NCBI GenBank assembly: GCA_001599295.1 | Contig: BCGN01000002.1 | Location: forward strand, 1,054,001-1,118,000 | Direction: 5' to 3' | Length of the DNA: 64,000 nucleotides | Origin: Sporopachydermia quercuum | Lineage: Eukaryota | Shown: one piece after another, positions 60,450-64,000 of the stretch | Position numbering within the stretch: the stretch's first letter is position 1 | How the letters are laid out: every line of letters begins with the position of its first letter | The notes under the pieces: generated by a model | What the model was told of the DNA's origin: nothing | The model's database searches: none | Seen by the model: the letters and a program-made list of their open reading frames with translations, nothing else | Position numbers and translations under genes: made by a program

Positions 60450-63400
60450 TCAATCAAAATCATCGGAATCTTCATCAGAATCAGGTTTCTCACTGTTCGC
60501 TTTAGAATTCCTTTTCACGTACTTCTTCTTTTCCGATGGGCCAGGAGTTAATTCAATAATTTTTGTCTTCATCTTGTCAACAATATCGATGCCGAATGAT
60601 CCATCTAGATTATCGTCTTCAAGATCTATTTCGCTATCAGTATTATTTTCTGCCATAGAAACATCAGTGTTAGTATTATCATCAGTATTATCATCACCAT
60701 CACCATCACCATCAGAATTATTGTTATCATTATGATTCTCACTTTCGTTTCCATCTTCAGTCAACTGAGTATTACCTTTCTGTTCTTCATAAGCCTTTTT
60801 CACAGCTTCGTCGTTCGGTACTTGAAACCACAAATTATACTTCTTGGTTCTCTCACCATTAGCCATTATTATCTTCATCTTTTCACGTACTCTGTCAGCT
60901 TCCCAAAATGAATACTCTAACACTGGCAATACTTTCTCAGGTAAATCACCAAAACTAAATGATATAGGTGTGAACTTAACACCTTTCACCTTATCTTGAT
61001 ACTCAGAAGGAATCTCCCCAGGGTATTTTGATTCAGTTAGTGTAGTATTTTGAGACTCAGTATTAGCAACAGGAACAGGATCGATATCACTATCGATGGA
61101 ACCATTTACATTTTTGATTTCGGAACGTTTCATATTATCATCAGTGCTTTTATCTGGCGTTTCTTCCTTTAGTTTCTCACTATGAGTAGAGTTCTCCTCT
61201 TTAGCAGAGTCAGTTGATTGGCTACCTCCTACAAATGATTCTTTGCTCTCATTGGTCGTAAATTCCAACTCTTTTTTTTTTTTTTTTTCCGTCTCAGAAC
61301 TTATTCTGTCTGGGTTGTTTTGTTCATGAACAGTTGATATCTCAGTAGAATCTCTCATTTCAACATCCTGATCTTGGTCATCAACTTTTGACCTTGCTTC
61401 TTGGTTATTATCTTCTGCAGAGGCAGCTACCGTATTTTCTTTCTTTGCAAGATCAGAACTGTTGAATTTCTCATTATTGGAGCCGCTTTTATCATCAATA
61501 TTGTCATGATTACCATTATTGCTAGCACCAATAATTTCCTCGTTAACAGTACTTTTGGTATTTTCTGGAGTACTCTCGTTAGCCTTAGATGTTTCTTTCC
61601 CAGTATTTTGCTCAAGTTTTCTCTCATCACCACCAGTGACATTACCAGTGACCTCTCCAGCACCAATAGTAACAGTACTAGGATTCTCACGAGATCCCTC
61701 AATTGTCTTGCCATTTTCACTATTTCTTTCTTCTTTTTCAATGCTTTCTTTCACACCTGTTGACTGATGACGGTCACTATAAATGGCAGTACCAACTATA
61801 TCATGAGAATCTTTAGGCTTAGCCATAGATTCATTCGTATCATTATTGTTACTATCACTAATACTCCCATGACTGCTATTTGTTGCTTGACTATTTGATT
61901 CCTTACTACCACCAACAGTTGTGAAAACTTCCTTTGTGGCATTTGTTTGTAATTCCTTTTCCTTCTGCATTTCATTTTCCTTTTCCTTCTCGCTTTCTTT
62001 CTCGATTTCATTCTGATTTCTCGTTTCTCTATCCAAGTCTTTATTTTTCGATCCAAATTCCATTTTCACTTTCACATCTTCACCTTTTGTTTCAGCTTCA
62101 GCCTCTTTCTTTGCTTCAACTACGTTACTATCACCATTTTCTGTCTTACCCTTTTTGGCCTTCTTTNGCTTCTTCTCCTTTGGCTTGAAATCATGCTTCA
62201 AACTGTCAATCAAACCATTCATTTCAGGATCTTCAAATCCATGCAATAACAGGAACGATATAAGGATTTCGTGGTTGTTTAAAACCTCACCAATAGCGTC
62301 CTTTGGTAAAATGTATCTATTAACAGGATTTTCATTGAATTCAAATACTATTGTTGAACCAAGAATGATTCTTTCAGTATGCTGAGATTGTAGACTAGTA
62401 TCTTTTGCCTTTGGCACAGCTTTCCTTCTTGGTTTCTTCTCACTAGGTAGTTTAGTAGGCTTTTTAGTAGAATTGCTTTTTGGTGACGGTCGGTCTTTAC
62501 TAGCACAGGAAGCAGTCGTTGAGAGTGTGGATTTTATTCGTTTAACAGTCTTTTGCCCTTGAGTGTCAGTCGTACTGTTATCTCGTTTAATTGGTATACC
62601 TTTTGGAGCTAGAATCATACCAGGCTGAAAAGTTGGAGATCCTAACGGTTTAGCAGTAATTGGAGCTGGTTGTTGCTTAAGTATTGGTTTATCGACAGGC
62701 TTACTTTGTATGTTTGATGGTTTGCTGCCAGCAGGTGATACAGCCATTGGTTGAGATTTCCTTTGATTATTTGGCGGCAAAGTACCATTACCTCTGTAGC
62801 CTTGATAACCCATACTTTTGGCCCTACTGATATAACCTTGAAATCTCACGATTTGTTCCTGTGAAGCCTTTCCCGAGGCTACTATCTTCATGAGGGTGTT
62901 TAAGCTAGGATCAACTCTTGCAATTGCGTTTAGGTTAGCAATCATCATATGGTTTTCTGGAGATTTAATGGACTCATCAGCAGCTTTACGAGCTACTAGT
63001 TTCTGTTTCTGAGGTTTGGAGGGAATAACGGTACTGCGGGGGCTGGGAACTGGAGCTGGGGTTGTAGAAGAGGGAGCACCATTAGAAGCAGTAGGCACAG
63101 ATGTAGAACGCGCAAGATTCGGCTTAGCCACTGTATCTGCAGCTGGTTTCATGGGTGTAACAGTATCACTTTTAGCATCAGCAGTAGGACTACTTGTTGT
63201 TTCAGCCTTATTATCATGTGTCTTACTAGCATCAGATCCAGATCCAGATCCAGCAGAACTTACTTCTGAATTTTCAATTTTCTTCTCAAGTGCTGAATCT
63301 TTCTCATGGGTACTTGGAAATACCTTCTCATCAACCGCCAAATTCTTGTTGTTCGCCTGACCTAAATCAGAGCTTCCCTTAAGAGTAGCAGTTGATTGGN

Positions 63401-64000
63401 GGTAATTGCCTTGGTCCTTTCTTGGTTCATTAATATTTTCCAGCGTTAGCAATGAAGAAGTGTTATTATTATTATTACTAGAAGAGGCTTTTGATGAGAG
63501 TTGATAGGATGAATTGTCTTCAGTAGTACCTGATGCTCTTTCTGCTGCTTTGGCAGAGTTTGGGTCAGCTGTAACGTTGTCACCAGCAGGTTTGCTTATG
63601 GTTTCTGTTGAGTCTTTTACTGCGTTCTCATTTCCAGGATAAGTATTGCTGTTATTGTTGGTNTTCTCCTGCTTGCCACCATCCTTGATAGCTTCTTTAC
63701 TACTAATACTACTATCAGTCGAAGCATCATCAGATTTCTTTATTTCTATTTCCCCGGTATCGCCACTGGCAGTAGCAGTCCGGCTCACTGTACCAGATTC
63801 TGAGAGTTCAGGGCTCTTTTCCAACGCTTCGTTCTTCACTGGTTGTGCTGGTTCAGATTTAGCCACCACAATCTCTCTTCCTAGAGGACTCTGCTGAAAG
63901 ACGGTTGTTTGAATAGCAGCTTTTGATGCCGTATGGTCTTTCCTTTCTAATTTCTGCAGCTCCTCCAACGGTTTTATAGTACCCGATTCAATACATTTCC
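60450..64000 (-). CDS. SWC3: SWR1 complex subunit Swc3-like; the 5' end lies beyond the window
   Basis: Conserved-looking blocks MIANLNAIARVDPSLNTLMKIVASGKAS...F and IVFEFNENPVNRYILPKDAI within long low-complexity sequence. The frame is open to position 64000. Confidence 0.75.
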   Translation of the reverse strand, partial: KCIESGTIKPLEELQKLERKDHTASKAAIQTTVFQQSPLGREIVVAKSEPAQPVKNEALEKSPELSESGTVSRTATASGDTGEIEIKKSDDASTDSSISSKEAIKDGGKQEXTNNNSNTYPGNENAVKDSTETISKPAGDNVTADPNSAKAAERASGTTEDNSSYQLSSKASSSNNNNNTSSLLTLENINEPRKDQGNYXQSTATLKGSSDLGQANNKNLAVDEKVFPSTHEKDSALEKKIENSEVSSAGSGSGSDASKTHDNKAETTSSPTADAKSDTVTPMKPAADTVAKPNLARSTSVPTASNGAPSSTTPAPVPSPRSTVIPSKPQKQKLVARKAADESIKSPENHMMIANLNAIARVDPSLNTLMKIVASGKASQEQIVRFQGYISRAKSMGYQGYRGNGTLPPNNQRKSQPMAVSPAGSKPSNIQSKPVDKPILKQQPAPITAKPLGSPTFQPGMILAPKGIPIKRDNSTTDTQGQKTVKRIKSTLSTTASCASKDRPSPKSNSTKKPTKLPSEKKPRRKAVPKAKDTSLQSQHTERIILGSTIVFEFNENPVNRYILPKDAIGEVLNNHEILISFLLLHGFEDPEMNGLIDSLKHDFKPKEKKXKKAKKGKTENGDSNVVEAKKEAEAETKGEDVKVKMEFGSKNKDLDRETRNQNEIEKESEKEKENEMQKEKELQTNATKEVFTTVGGSKESNSQATNSSHGSISDSNNNDTNESMAKPKDSHDIVGTAIYSDRHQSTGVKESIEKEERNSENGKTIEGSRENPSTVTIGAGEVTGNVTGGDERKLEQNTGKETSKANESTPENTKSTVNEEIIGASNNGNHDNIDDKSGSNNEKFNSSDLAKKENTVAASAEDNNQEARSKVDDQDQDVEMRDSTEISTVHEQNNPDRISSETEKKKKKELEFTTNESKESFVGGSQSTDSAKEENSTHSEKLKEETPDKSTDDNMKRSEIKNVNGSIDSDIDPVPVANTESQNTTLTESKYPGEIPSEYQDKVKGVKFTPISFSFGDLPEKVLPVLEYSFWEADRVREKMKIIMANGERTKKYNLWFQVPNDEAVKKAYEEQKGNTQLTEDGNESENHNDNNNSDGDGDGDDNTDDNTNTDVSMAENNTDSEIDLEDDNLDGSFGIDIVDKMKTKIIELTPGPSEKKKYVKRNSKANSEKPDSDEDSDDFD

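Noticed and set aside
178..63897. Numerous 60-130 aa ORFs in the track
   Set aside because: Antisense or off-frame shadows of real genes, or intergenic ORFs with GTG/TTG starts and no motifs.

Overview
Nuclear DNA of a budding yeast (Saccharomycotina), not a prokaryote. CTG codons fall at conserved Leu positions in YCK, SGS1, GCV2 and YJU2, which indicates the standard code rather than a CUG-Ser or CUG-Ala clade. The window holds about 21 protein genes, one tRNA-Ala(AGC) and one H/ACA snoRNA. The ORF track misses or truncates several genes because of spliceosomal introns. I rebuilt 12 frame-consistent introns by hand, in RSP5, CMC4, an uncharacterised mitochondrial-type gene, RPL36, GYP5, GAL4, SGS1 and a YPL247C/DCAF7 homologue. 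The stretch at 12.6-38 kb looks like the unduplicated ancestral block behind S. cerevisiae YMR189-YMR194 and YPL247-YPL249, by recall of that gene order. The best hidden features are: an unannotated snR11 orthologue with an apparent intron at its 5' edge and a second pocket of unknown target; an unannotated CMC4; a full-length GAL4 whose zinc cluster is split around an in-frame 30-nt micro-exon; and a U1-like or orphan-intron element near 46.9 kb. I saw no mobile elements or CRISPR arrays, and no clearly novel multi-gene system. All names come from recalled motifs and synteny, not from database searches.
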